A stretch of DNA of 64,000 nucleotides from Octopus vulgaris (lineage: Eukaryota), in the NCBI GenBank assembly GCA_951406725.2, contig OX597818.1, positions 11,036,001-11,100,000 of the forward strand. The letters are read 5' to 3'. Within the stretch, counting starts at the first letter, position 1. Each line of letters begins with the position of its first letter. The position numbers and the translations under genes were made by a program. Below the pieces are notes generated by a model. The model was not told where the DNA came from. It saw only the letters and a program-made list of their open reading frames with translations, and made no database searches. Below, one piece after another: positions 13,002 to 25,765 of the stretch.

Positions 13002-15419
13002 TACATGAATTTCTTCACAAATATAAAAATACACATTTATTTTAGTAATCACCACATAGTAATTAAACAAGTCTTTTTTTCAAATGTTTTCTGCATGTTT
13101 GTGTTTGTGTTGGTCCATCTGACCAAATGGTGTGTCCAGAGCTGCATTATCCATCTTCTTTTTTTAAAAATAGAATATGTGATTTGAGGGTGATTTTTTT
13201 ACTACTTATTCTGTTAGTTACTACTATTTCTGTTGGAGAAACTGAATAGAAACTCTATCATTGGCTTGGTCAGGTTTTATAACACACATATAGACACACG
13301 CACACGCTACCCTGAATGAAAGACCCAAAGCTAATTTGAGTAAAGCTACAGATTTCTCCATAGCTACATGGTTGATTGAAACCTTGTGATTTCTTAGCTT
13401 AAAGATTTCTATTTTCAGCTTCTTTCCACTAACAGTGTTTTTCTTAGATAGTTTCATAGTTCTTTTTTCTTCTTTATCTTTAGCTTCTTCCATCCTTTGT
13501 CTTGGTCTTCTTTAAACTGCTTCTTATTACTGTTTAGTTTTCCAACTTCTTCAGTCTTCAATCTTCATTTTTAGCCTTAGATCTTTTTTATTTAGTCTTC
13601 TAGTCTTCAGTTTTCTCTTTTTAGTCCTCTGTCTTCACATTTAGATCGCTGTCCTCTTCATATTATTACTTAATCTTCTATTTACTTTTTGGAGTCTCTT
13701 GTATTCTTCTTCTTCTTCTTTAAGCTGCTGTTTTCTACCTTCTGCTTCTTTGGTCTTTCACCTTCTTTAGTTTTTTTTAAACATTTTCTTTAGATTTCAG
13801 TTTGTTATGAGTGAGTGTGCGTGCATGTGTGTGTGTGAATAAGAACTTCCAAAATTTTTTAGTCAGCATGCGTGTGTGTATGTATCTATAAATTACTGGG
13901 ACCTGCTTTTGTTTCGAACACGTATTTGTATCTACCGTGTCTGCATTTCTTTGAAACAATTCTTAAATGTTAATGTGTAAATCACTCATATAGCTCTTAT
14001 TGACTGAAATGTAGACAGAGTTTTGGTACTCACCAGAATGACTAAATTGTTAATATTCCCATCATTAACACTGCTAAAATCCAGTTTACTTAAGATGTGA
14101 ATAAGTATATAAAGAGATAAAGATGTACATTTCTATTCTGTGAATCCTAGGGTCACTGCACAATTTGCAGGTTTTTTCTTTTTTTTTGCTTTCTTATCAT
14201 GCTAAATTCAAGTCCTAACATTGTCATTGCATCATTTGGTCTAAATGAAGAGTTGTTACCCCTTTGACCTAAAATCTCATGGGGCACACTTTTGCTTTCA
14301 TATTAGACACAAAAATTGTTTTAGCCCATTCTTCAAATTCTTTAATGCTCTTGCAACTAATACACCTGAGATCAGCTTTGGTTTTGTATGATACAAAGCA
14401 AGATTTTTAATGTATTCGCACTTAATTAAAACCTTCCATTCATATAGAAAGACAATTTTAATAAAGAAAATATTAGTTATTAATAAATCCATCCAAATTC
14501 ATGATTATTTTCCAAATTAATTAAAATACAAAGACTATTTTATTAGAAATATCGGAGAACAATCACATTAACCACAAATATAGTTTTAACACCCAGTTTT
14601 ATTGCATTTATTAATAATGTGTACTGTGAAGCGTTATAAAGTTTTGTGATACATCTCTGACCTGATCCCTGACATCGGATGCTGTGAAATTGTGTTGTTG
14701 ATTTTTAACAAAGTATTTCGACACTTTATAGTGTATACAAAACTACTAAAAAACAAAATAAAACATAATGTAACATTATAAATGTTTTTCATTGTTTGTC
14801 ATAACTCTACTATGATGTAATATTTTAAGAATGTTGTTTACTTATTGTTAAGAAATTCTAAACATATATGAACAAATGTTAGAAGCTGTGAAGTTTAAAA
14901 CCAAGTTTGAAGCCATTCCTAATCACATTAGCTATATAATGTATTTCTGACTAGTAACTGAAATGAATCTGTAAGATTCAGTGGAACTCCACTTCAAAAT
15001 ATCTGCTACACTAGTTTTAATTATTTGGTATTATTTCATCTAGTTTGTTGCTGTTTAGCTCTAGACCAGCACTGATTGAGCAAATACTAGTGGAACAATA
15101 ACCTGACCAAAGTTCTAGATATTGTCCCTAATATTTTTCAGATGCAGTGTATCTAAAACTGCCTTATCTAATGCTTCCTACATTTCTTAAGATAGTAGTG
15201 CTTAAGTTGAGGGAGATGGGTTGTGCAAAAAAAGTTAGGTATCAATGTGGTGATTTCTGAGGCTTGTGGAACCACTTTCTGCTGATGGGTTCATTGCTGA
15301 CATTGGTGTCTGGGAATGAAAACTTGCCTCTTGAGAACAGATTACATCATAGGAAAGCATATACTTGTTGATTTTTCTTCTAATTTGTAATCTTGGCTTT
15401 GGTCATCATTTGTGTCAAT

Positions 15420-15602
15420 GGACACAGGCATGGCTGTGTGTTTCAGGAATTTGCTCCCCAACCACATGGTTTCGGGTTCAATCCCACTGCATGGCACCTT
15501 GGGCAAGTGTCTTCTGCTACAGCCTCAGGCCAATCAAAGCTTTGTGAGTGGATTTGGTCAACAGAAACTGAAAGAAGCCCATCATATATATGTATGTGTG
15601 TG

Positions 15603-15637
<35 letters not shown>

Positions 15638-15843
15638 ATGTTTGTGTGTCTGTGTTTGCTCCCCCAACATCACTTGACAACCAATGCTGGTGTGTTTACG
15701 TCCCCGTAACTTAGCGGTTCAGCAAAAGAGACTGATAGAATAAGTACTAGGCTTACAAAGAATAAGTCCTGCGGTTGATTTGCTCGACTAAAAGGCAGTG
15801 CTCCAGCATGGCCACAGTCAAATGACTGAAACAAGTAAAAAAG
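15420..15843 (+). mobile_element. SINE family A
   Basis: Collinear with 12600-13001 and followed by an A2-type tail at 15870-16100. Confidence 0.88.
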
Positions 15844-16790
15844 TATATGTGAATGTGTGTATGTATGTGTTTTGATATTGCACATTGTAAATGAATGTCA
15901 CCATCAAAAAATGAGTGGTGTCATTCATTTCCGATCTTTTATGTAAACATGTTTACCCATGGGGAAATATTACTTTGCTTGGAAACATGCGAGGTTTGGT
16001 AACAGGGAGGGCACTTGGCTGTAAAATATGAGCTTTATTGAATTTAGTCCAACCTGTCCAGATATGGAAATGTGAATGTTTAAATAGTATTGACAATGAG
16101 TACTTTTGTTTTGTTTCAAATTTGTTCAAGTGTCCTCTTCTGACTTTGACAAGGAACAGATACTACAGTTTTTCTAAATGTCATTGGTAGAGTATTTGTT
16201 GAGCTGTCCTGCTTATTTTAGCTTTAATTGTAGCTGCTAAAACAGAATTTTATTGACTCTTGCAGCCATGCCAATACTACTTTTATTGTGAGAGATTTTG
16301 TCTTAAAACTTAGCATGCAAAACAGTCTTTATTTCAAAGCTAGGAGGGAAATTTTTTCAAAAAGTTTCTAGCTGCCAGAGTAAGCAACTCAATTGTCTGC
16401 TCACAAAAGACTTCATTGGCTGGTTTTGATGTGTTTAACAATTGTGTATAATTTTATCCTTCTTAAAGGAACATAGAAATTCACCTATTTTTCAGATTTG
16501 TGCAGGTAAAAAGAGGTGACATACACTGAGATATGTCTATTTCTAGGGTCCCAGTTTTTTTTTTTCATTTTCTTTTTTCTCTCTCTATCTTGTTTAAAAT
16601 TTTCCCCTAAATTGAACCATAAAAGAAACCTTATTTTGTTTCCAAAATTAACCAGACAAAAGCATTTGCAAAATAAATTAAATATTTCAGGTTGAAAGAT
16701 TTGTTATGGTAGTTTTTGTTATTCTTTATTCTTTTTAGTCCAAAGGTTATGGCTATGCTGGAGCATCACCAGTTCATTTCAGTTTCAACA

Positions 16791-17018
16791 TTATCTCTTT
16801 AGTATTTAAACCAGACATATGCAGCCTGAGTATTTAACCTGTTTTGTGTTCGAACTGGCCAGATCTGTCTTTTCCCACATACCTTACACTGTCATTCTAA
16901 TAAAATACAAGCATATCACTGAAATTTCAAAGCTACGATGTGATGCATGATTAATTTAACACAATGTATATAAATAAGCATCACATTTGACAGAGTAACC
17001 TGAATGCTAAAGGGTTAA
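16791..17018. mobile_element. piggyBac-like MITE
   Basis: It ends in gaatgctaaagggTTAA and has a degenerate left end ttatctctttagtattt. A homologous copy lies at 60208-60432. Confidence 0.65.
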
Positions 17019-17699
17019 GCTAAACATTCTAGGTGCATTGCTTCACTCAATATCTAACTTGTACTGGAGTTTAAAGGTTACATTAAAAAAGTAAACATAA
17101 AGGAAATAAAATCATGTTAAGAATGCATGTGTGAATTTAAAAATTGAATATTCCAACTTCAAAAAAATCTATTTAAGGCTATTAACCAGACTGATAATCT
17201 GCTAGACATCCAAAATTGTTCTGTCTTTCTTATACAGAGTATATAGCTCATAGAATGAAAGCTAAACTAAAAAGACTACCATGTTTTAAAAATATACATA
17301 TATGAACATGTACACACATTGTGCATGTGCGTGCATGTGCATGCATGTGTGTGCAGTATGCACATACATACTGACACGTGTAAAAATTTTATGTACCTCT
17401 GTTGTATTTTGTTCATTAATGTTATTCTTCCACAAATGATTGAGTATTTAATTAGGATAGCTTCGTTGGTTACTTACCGAGCAACAATGTACATGTCGCT
17501 TAAATTTAATCTGATTAAAATGCTAACTTAATTCATCGTTCAAAGAATTATCATCTAAATTAGGAATGTTGACTCACTCAACTTTCTCTGTTATCCCCCC
17601 CCCCCTCACTTTTCACATCTCTTTCAAATTTCATCCATTATAATTTTGTTTTTCTATTTTGCTGCTTTGTTTTCAAATACTTTTTTATGGAGATAAGAT

Positions 17700-17740
17700 G
17701 GTGTGTGTGTATGTGTATAGACACACACACACATATATGC

Positions 17741-17773
<33 letters not shown>

Positions 17774-18831
17774 ATTATTATTTGTGTGTGTGTGTGTGTG
17801 TGTGTGTGTACATACATACATACATGCATTCATGTGTATGTATGTAAGTACGTAGTTTATTAAGGCTGAATATTCAACATATTTTTTCTTGTCTATACTC
17901 CTGTATAATACCATGTATATGTGTGTGTGTGTGCATGTATATATATATATATATATGTGTGTGTGTATGTGTGTGTGTATAGATGTATATATATATGTAT
18001 ATATGTATGTATAGATATGCATATAAGTATGTATATGTATGTATATATATATATATCTATATATATATATGCATATATATATATATATAGTTTTATGTAT
18101 ATATATATGTATGTATATATATATGTATGTATGTGTATATATATGCATGTATGTATATATTTATATATATATATGCATGTATGTATATATATATATATAT
18201 ATATGCATGTATGTATATATTTATATATATATATGCATGTATGTATATATATAGATATATGTATGCATATGTATATATATATTTATATACATACGTATAT
18301 ATATATATATATGTATATATATATAGATAGATAAAACTTACTTGGAAATGGATGCGTGGCATTCGGTCATATAAAAATATAATTAATATATAAGCATATG
18401 CATATATACATACATATATGTACATACCTACATATATATGTATATATATATATATATATACATGCATATAAGGATACAGGACTTCAAAAAAACATGAACA
18501 AAAAGAGAAATGAGAACATAAAAAAACATAGAAAATGAGCTTTTTGGAACAATGAAAGAAACAAATAGAGAAACAAGACAAGCAAAACAAAGAACATTCC
18601 CTTCATCAGTTGTCCCCTGTTTAGCTACTCCCCACCTTCGAAACGTGGAGTAGATAAAACAGGGGACAACTGATGAAGGGAATGTTCTTTATTTTGCTTG
18701 TCTTGTTTCTCTATTTGTTTCTTTCATTGTTTGAAAAAAGCTCATTTTATATGTTTTTTTTCTATGTTCTCCTTTCTCTTTTTGTTCACGTTTTTTTGAT
18801 GTCCGTACCCATATATGCATGTATATCTCTG

Positions 18832-18903
<72 letters not shown>

Positions 18904-19115
18904 TATGTGTATATGTTTATGTGTGTATATATATATGCATATATATATGTATGTAAACATATATATATGTATACACACATATACATATTGCGTGTGTGTG
19001 TATATGTGTATATACATAAAAATATAGTCAAAGACACTCCTATACACATACATGCATTATACTATATGTATATTTCTATCTATATTTACATGTACATACA
19101 CACATTATATATGTA
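17700..19115. repeat. Compound (TA)n/(TG)n/(TATG)n microsatellite block with a 30-bp minisatellite
   Basis: Direct reading. atatgcatgtatgtatatat(t/a)tatatatat repeats about 4 times at 18141-18250. Confidence 0.95.
18461..18821. repeat. Large fold-back element with about 170-bp arms in a TA tract
   Basis: 18461-18630 is the reverse complement of 18647-18821. The loop contains TTCGAAACGT and each arm carries CTGATGAAGGG. Confidence 0.88.
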
Positions 19116-20065
19116 TTCCTTTTATAACCTTTTGAAAGATTTGCTATCTAATTGGGTACCTCAATAGAATAGATAAATGAAATATAATTCCCCTCGTTCC
19201 TATTTTCTAATCAACATCTTCATCTACCTCATCATCATCATGCTCATCACCATTCTTTCTCTCTTTTTATCTTAGTAAATAATGCGATTTAATTTTTGTT
19301 CTCACCTTTGTTATTTAATTTCAAATGTAAATTTCTCATTCATTTATTTGTCAACATTTACTTTACATCCTTCTACTTCTCCATCTCCTCTTTCATTCTA
19401 TATTTCTTTCTTCTTTTCTTCCTTTATTTCTTCCCATTTTCTTTCTTTATTTCTTCTGTATTTTCTTTCTTTCGCTTTGTCTTTCTTTCTTTCTCAATCA
19501 AACCCAAATCCATTTGATGATGCCATTTAGGATTGGAAACAATTGTTTCGCCATACTATAATCAGCCAATGTTATAAAAGATTCTTATTTAGGTTTGGTA
19601 TTCTTTTCATTTGCCTATGTATGTCTACTGTGTATCTGAGAATGTATGTGCCATTCATTCTTGTACTAAGGAAAGCCTTCCTTTTGATATTGATTAAATT
19701 TCAGCTTCCACCTCACCCCCAATTTCAGTACATTATAACTCTTGTTGTAGAGGTGGCAGTGTTGGTGGTTAATAGCAGTAATGGCTATTTTTGTGGTGGT
19801 GGTGGTGGTGGTAATGATTGTGATGGTATTAGTAGCTTTGCGAGTGAATATAGTATTCATATTATTAAACTTAGTTGTTGTTTTTGCTGCTTAACCCCAG
19901 GTCAGTACTTATCAAGCTGTCCTATGATCAAATGCTTTTCAGCCATGGCAATCCTGTTTGCACATTTACATCATAAATTCAAAACAACATTATTCAAAAT
20001 TCCTTTCCTTTTTAAAACAAGAACATATGATTTCAAGGATGCTGTGTTTTTATTTCTAAAAGGTT

Positions 20066-20115
<50 letters not shown>

Positions 20116-20129
20116 ATGATAATAATAAT

Positions 20130-20353
20130 CCTTTCTATTAAAGGCACAAGGCTTGAAAGTTTGTGGGAGGGGAATAGTTGATTACATCAACCCCAGTGTT
20201 TCACTGGTTCTTGATTTATCGACCCCAAAAGGATGAAAGGCAAAGTCAACTCTGGCGGAATTTGAACTCAGAACATAAAGATAGATGAAATGCTGCTAAG
20301 CATTTTACCCAGTGTGCTAATGATTCCACCGGCTTGCCACCTTAATAATAATA

Positions 20354-20391
<38 letters not shown>

Positions 20392-20608
20392 CTTTTCTCC
20401 TCTAGGCACAAGGCCTGAAATTTGGGGGGAGGGCACCAGTCAATTAGATCGATCCCAGTATGGAACTGGTACTTAATTTATCAACCCCCAAAAGAATGAA
20501 AGGCAAAGTTGACCTCAGCAGAATTTGAACTAAGAACGTAAAGACAGATGAAATACTACTAAGCATTTCACCTGGTGTGCTAACATTTCTGCCAGCCCAC
20601 CGCCTTAA
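20130..20608 (-). mobile_element. Two tandem SINE family B copies (Meta-domain-like) in (TAA)n
   Basis: 20130-20345 and 20390-20608 are the revcomp of taaggcggcgagctggcagaa...gagttcaaattc...gactttgcctttcatcctttcggggtcgataaa...gtacc. Confidence 0.85.
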
Positions 20609-20891
20609 TAATAATTATAATAACAACAACAAACTTATTGTATACAGTGCTCAGGTGCTCTACAATTCACCAGAAAAAGTAACCCAAACTGCATCAACAG
20701 TACGTAGTATATGTAGAAGTTAGAGCATTGATATCGTTTGTGTTTAGTCCTCTGTTACATGTAAGAGACCAGATTTGTATGTGTGACCCATCTCTGATCA
20801 AAGATGATTTAACTGTTACCAACTCATGATTTGTATTTTAGGCATAATCTGTTTAGAACCACAACATTATCTGAAAGCTTTTTTTATTTGG

Positions 20892-21290
20892 TGCTGAGAT
20901 CTACAGCATTGAGGCCTGCATCATGTTCTTCACTGGGTTGGCTATGTTATTCGGATGCCAAGTAACTGGTTCATAAAAATAGTCCACTTCAGCGATATCA
21001 AAACTGGAAGTAGGCTTCAGGGACTTCCAAAACTTCATTTTCCTGATCATCTCAAGCAATCTCATTTCATGTGGTGTTCTTCCCAATCAATTGGAACCCC
21101 TGGCTGTTAAACAGAATGCATGGAGGGCTATGTGTGACAGTGGAGTAGAACACTTTTAAATTGAACGCAGGAGACTGCATGACAAGAGGAGACATTATCA
21201 TCAACCTCCTGCAACTGTTGTTCAGAGTCATTTTCAGTGCCCCTAGTGCCTCAGGATATTGGCCTTGTCAGCCACATCCTCTCCCACAAG
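20892..21290 (+). mobile_element. Decayed RTE-clade LINE C-terminus (second lineage)
   Basis: Reading across frameshifts gives SIEACIM..LHWVGYVIRMPSNWFIKIVHFSDIKTGSRLQGLPKLHF...LEPLAVKQNAWRAMCDSGV, matching RTE LRWAGHVIRM...G.R..GRPKLRF...W. Confidence 0.7.
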
Positions 21291-21930
21291 AAGCAATGTG
21301 CTGGAGGCAGAGGATTTATGTCTTGGATCAATGCTGTCATCACCTTTGCCGAGCTGTCATAAGCAAAGTGTTTGTGTGTGTAAACACAAAAAGTGATTTT
21401 CTAATCCTTTCAGCTTTTAAATACTGTTTTCTGAAGCTATGAATAAATGTTGTGAAACTAACTTCTTCAACACACAACTATGTCTGTGCATAAATATATA
21501 TATATGTGTGTCTTTTTGCATGAGTGTATATATATATGTGTGAGTGTATGTGTATTTGTGTGTGTATATATGCATATATATATATAAATATATATATACA
21601 CACACATATACATGTATAATATATACAAATATGTACGTAGGCATGTATATACAAGTTTTTTTATGTATATATGCACATATTTAATATATATGTATGTATA
21701 TATATAAATATATCTATGTATATATAAAGGTAAAGTTTCCTCCTCAAGTTGTACCGGTTCATAAGGTCTGGGTTCCTGGTTTCTGTGGTGTATATATTTC
21801 CAACCTGGACTGGTGTAACATGAAACAAGGTGTTTTGTGCAAGAACACAATGTGTTGCCCAGTCAAGGAATCGAAACTACAACCTTACAATCATGAGTCC
21901 AACACCCTAATCACTAAACCACATGCCTCC

Positions 21931-21964
<34 letters not shown>

Positions 21965-21974
21965 TATATATATA

Positions 21975-23035
21975 TAAAGAGATCAAAGTTTGTTATGAAA
22001 GCATATTTAGATGCATTTTGTATTTTTTTATGAAAAAAGCTTCCTTATTTAAGCGTTCTTGTAGACAAATTGTATCTTTGCACTGGTAGAAGGGGAAAAC
22101 ATGAAATTTGGTTTGATGTTACCTGCACATTTTGCTATGTGTTCACTTAAAGAAATTTGTCTGTATTGTGGGAACTGGATCTGCTCTTTATGTAGAGTGG
22201 TTCTCCATCTCAAAGTCATACTCATCTGTCCAATATTGTGTTGACCACAACCCAAGCAGGTTATTACATAAATTAGTTTCTCAGAGGTACAAGTGAAACT
22301 GGTTTTAATTGGGAACCTCTCTCTTTGTTTGAAGCGGAAATCCGAGCCTTCAAGTAGGTTGGGGCAGGTTCCACAGTTTGGGTGCCCACATTTTTTAACC
22401 TCTGGCTTCGTGGTTGTGTAAAGCTTCGCATTTGTTAGAAGTCTCTTTAGTGATTTGTGTTGCTTTTTGCGTTTGATGACTTTATGCGCTTTCAGGATGT
22501 TGTTCATTTTTGGATCACTAGTTAGTGCAGGGAGATTTTGCACAATAGTGTTGTATGCTGTTTTTATGTCTAATTTCTTGGCACACTTAATTCCCTCGTC
22601 TATAAATGAGGGTGGATATTGTCTTTCAGTTAGCATTGTTTTGAGGTCTTGAAGACAAAGGTCCTGAATAGTTCTATCAGACACTATTGTGCAAATCCTT
22701 TTTGCCAAATTAAGTGGGGTGTTTATTTTGATGTGTTTTGGGTGGCATGAGCTAACGAGGAGATATTGTTTCAAGTCCGTTGGTTATGATAGATGTCAGT
22801 TATAATTTAATTGTTGACTTTTTTTTTATCATGATGACCAAAAATTGGGGCTGTTCTTTGTTATATTCCATTGTGAATTGAATGTTACTATTTATATCAT
22901 TTAGTGTTGATTTGAAGTACAAAAGTTTGTCAATGGTCTCCTTCCAAGTGATAAAACAGTCATCCAGGTATCTTTTCCAGCTTTCTCTTATGTAATGGTA
23001 AAATGGGTAACTGTATTTGTGAAGTGACACTTCAT
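21975..23035 (-). mobile_element. 5'-truncated, frameshifted Penelope-like retroelement (RT C-terminus, Zn-finger linker, GIY-YIG endonuclease; Neptune-like)
   Basis: ORF 22800-23066 contains [12 protein letters not shown]...NSNIQFTMEY (RT YxDD). After a frameshift, ORF 22049-22774 contains SCHPKHIKINTPLNLAKRICTIVSD, linker KCGHPNCGTC and LIYVITCLGCGQHNIGQ...LRWRTTLH (decayed GIY-YIG). (TA)n flanks both sides. Confidence 0.9.
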
Positions 23036-23154
23036 ATATATATATATATATTATATATATATACACTTATATATATATATATATATATGCATATATATAT
23101 ATATATACACAAATATATACTTATATATATGCATACATATATGCATATATATGC

Positions 23155-23213
<59 letters not shown>

Positions 23214-23992
23214 TAAGCAATAAGGGTTTAGCAACGAATTGCCTTACCACATACCGAATTTAGAAATAGCAGTCAAAGGGTTATAGCTATTTCTTCTACT
23301 AAAAAGGGAGTATCTCAGTAAAAACATATTTACAGGTAAGAGAGAATGAATTGACTGCAATCTATCATACATTTTTTAGTTTACTTATATATCTATGCAT
23401 ATATATATATATATATATACCTAGTTACACACATGTATATAACAGGGAATTCTCTAGTTACTTCCCTATTACGTTTGCATGCTAGTATTTAGGAGTGATA
23501 TTTAGTAGTAGAATTTTTGCATATATATAATATAAATTAACATATGTATATTGTTTTTTATTCTATGATCGATTGCAATCATTGGACCATTGGACTGCAG
23601 CTATGATCAACACTCCTTTCAAAGGCTTATTCTCTCACATTGATCCATCTCTCCAATATTTATTTCATTGAGTTATGTTTGTTAAATCATTAAATTAAAC
23701 ATTTCGATAAAATATATTACTCTTTTTCAATTTGTTTTTACATAAACTCATATATAACCTCATGCATACACATATAAACGTTTAATTCATAAATATATAT
23801 GTTACAGACTTCCCTTTCTTTTTCTGCCTATCAAATTTCTCATACAAAGTATTAGTCAGTCTAAAGCTTTCATAAAAGACGGTTATCTAAGGTTCCAGTC
23901 CACAAGAATGGCACACAGAACCGCATGTTTGCAACATAAACTCCTTCACCACGCAGTGAATTCTACAGCCTTAATTAATATGTACATTTAAT

Positions 23993-24210
23993 TTAAGGTG
24001 GTAAGCTGGCAGAGTCGTTACTGTCCCAGGTGAAATGCTTAGTGGCATTTCGTCCACCTTTACGTTCTGAGTTCAAATTCTGTTGAGGTTGACTTTGCCT
24101 TTCATCCTTTTGGGGTCAGTAAAATAAGTACCAGTTGAACATTGGGGTTGATGCAATCAATTTATCCCTTTCCCTGAAATTGCTGGTCTTGTGCCAAAAT
24201 TTTAAATCAT
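23993..24210 (+). mobile_element. SINE family B
   Basis: taaggtggtaagctggcagagtcgtta...gagttcaaattc...gactttgcctttcatccttttgggg...aagtaccagttg. Confidence 0.85.
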
Positions 24211-25515
24211 CATTATTATCATTTGACTTCCATTTTCCAACTGGCATGGGTTGGACGGTTTGACAGGAGTTTTTAAGTCAGAAGACTACTCCAAGTTTTA
24301 CTGTTTTGGTATGGTTTTTACATCTGGATGCCCTTCCCAACACCAACCATCTTACACAGTGGACAGTGCTTTTTACATAGCACTGGTGAGGTTTCTTCTG
24401 GCATGGTTTTTACAGCTGGACACCCTTCCAAATGCCAACCACTTTAGAATGTGGACTAGATACTTTTTTACATGATACCAGCATAGACAAGGTCACCAAG
24501 TTACTTGCAAAACAAAGATACTTTGAGAGGGGAGTGGACATTGACAGGAGGTCAGAGTGTGACAGAAGGACAGAAACAGGTGTCTTGCTATTGGGAATAT
24601 ACATGGTTACCCTGTCAGAAGGAGAGAGCAAGAGAAAGATTGAGAGAAAATGATCAAGAATGAGAGATAGTCAGTTTGGTACTAAAACAACAAATTTAAT
24701 TTAAAGTAGTTGGTTAAATTGACTGTTCTACATTAGTTTTTAGTAGAATGAAATGCAGTCTGGAATATTTATACTCATAACTGATTAATTGAAGGAACAT
24801 CTTTTAAGGTACTTACATTTATGCTCTATATTTTGTGCCAAATTTTCCCTAGTCTAAAATTCATGACTTTGAACATAATCACAAGACATTTTCTGTTTTT
24901 TTGTCAGCTGGTGATAGTATTGTCCACTAAATAACATAGCTCAAATGATTCTTATTTTCTCAATCTGGTCTTCTCAACATGCGTGAAATTTTGAAAGACA
25001 GAGTCAATCTCAATGGGATTTGAATTTAATACCGTAATTAAATGTCTTACTGATTAGGCTCTGTAAATATCTTCTCCAGTCCAGAAATGAAAACGACAAC
25101 ACAAAGCAAATGAAATTAAAATATGTCTAGAGAATTTATATTTCTTTATTAATTAAAAAATAAAAGCAGTGGAATAAAGGAAATAAATCTGTTGGGTGTG
25201 ATTTGCTTCTCTGCTGAAACTAAGTCTATCTTAACATATTGATGCCATTATTTCTTTCAAGTTTTCCATATGACCTTCGTATTGAGTGTCTCATTTGTCG
25301 ACATATTTGGAAATCAGTCAGTAGTAAGACTTATGGCATACATAGATGCTACTTCATTAATATTTTTTTTAAGTTCAGCAGGAAGTGGTCTCTTGATAGG
25401 AGTGTTAAATTATCCGACGTCCCTGAAGATGTCTGAAGAGATCAGGCAGAGTGAACCCGCCTACATGTCTAGTCTTTAAGACTCATTGTACATATTGCAT
25501 ATTGTAATACATACT

Positions 25516-25521
<6 letters not shown>

Positions 25522-25606
<85 letters not shown>

Positions 25607-25710
25607 CATACACACACATACTCACGCACATAATATATGTATGTATATATATATATATATATATATATGTATGCATACACACACATACTCACGCACATAA
25701 TATATGTATG

Positions 25711-25748
<38 letters not shown>

Positions 25749-25765
25749 TGCACACGCATACACAT
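25522..25765. repeat. (TA)n with a tandemly duplicated unit of about 66 bp
   Basis: tatgtatgcatacacacacatactcacgcacataatatatgtatgtata occurs at about 25599 and 25666. Confidence 0.9.

Noticed and set aside
17638-19167. Many overlapping 60-165 aa ORFs (YIYIY/CVCV/HTHT)
   Set aside because: These are translations of TA/TG microsatellites, which lack stop codons. The same applies to ORFs at about 3933-4215, 8149-8730, 23003-23263, 25483-25846 and 37916-38234.
19531-19645. Possible robo signal-peptide exon (DWKQLFRH...FLFRFGILFICLCMST) after a long pyrimidine tract
   Set aside because: The phase-1 GTATGT donor would join T to GA and create a stop at the Ig1 exon, the other GTATGT donor is phase 2, and there is no in-frame ATG before the hydrophobic stretch.
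25395-25480. CTGAAGA motifs as a hammerhead
   Set aside because: No appropriately placed GAAA or closing stems were found.
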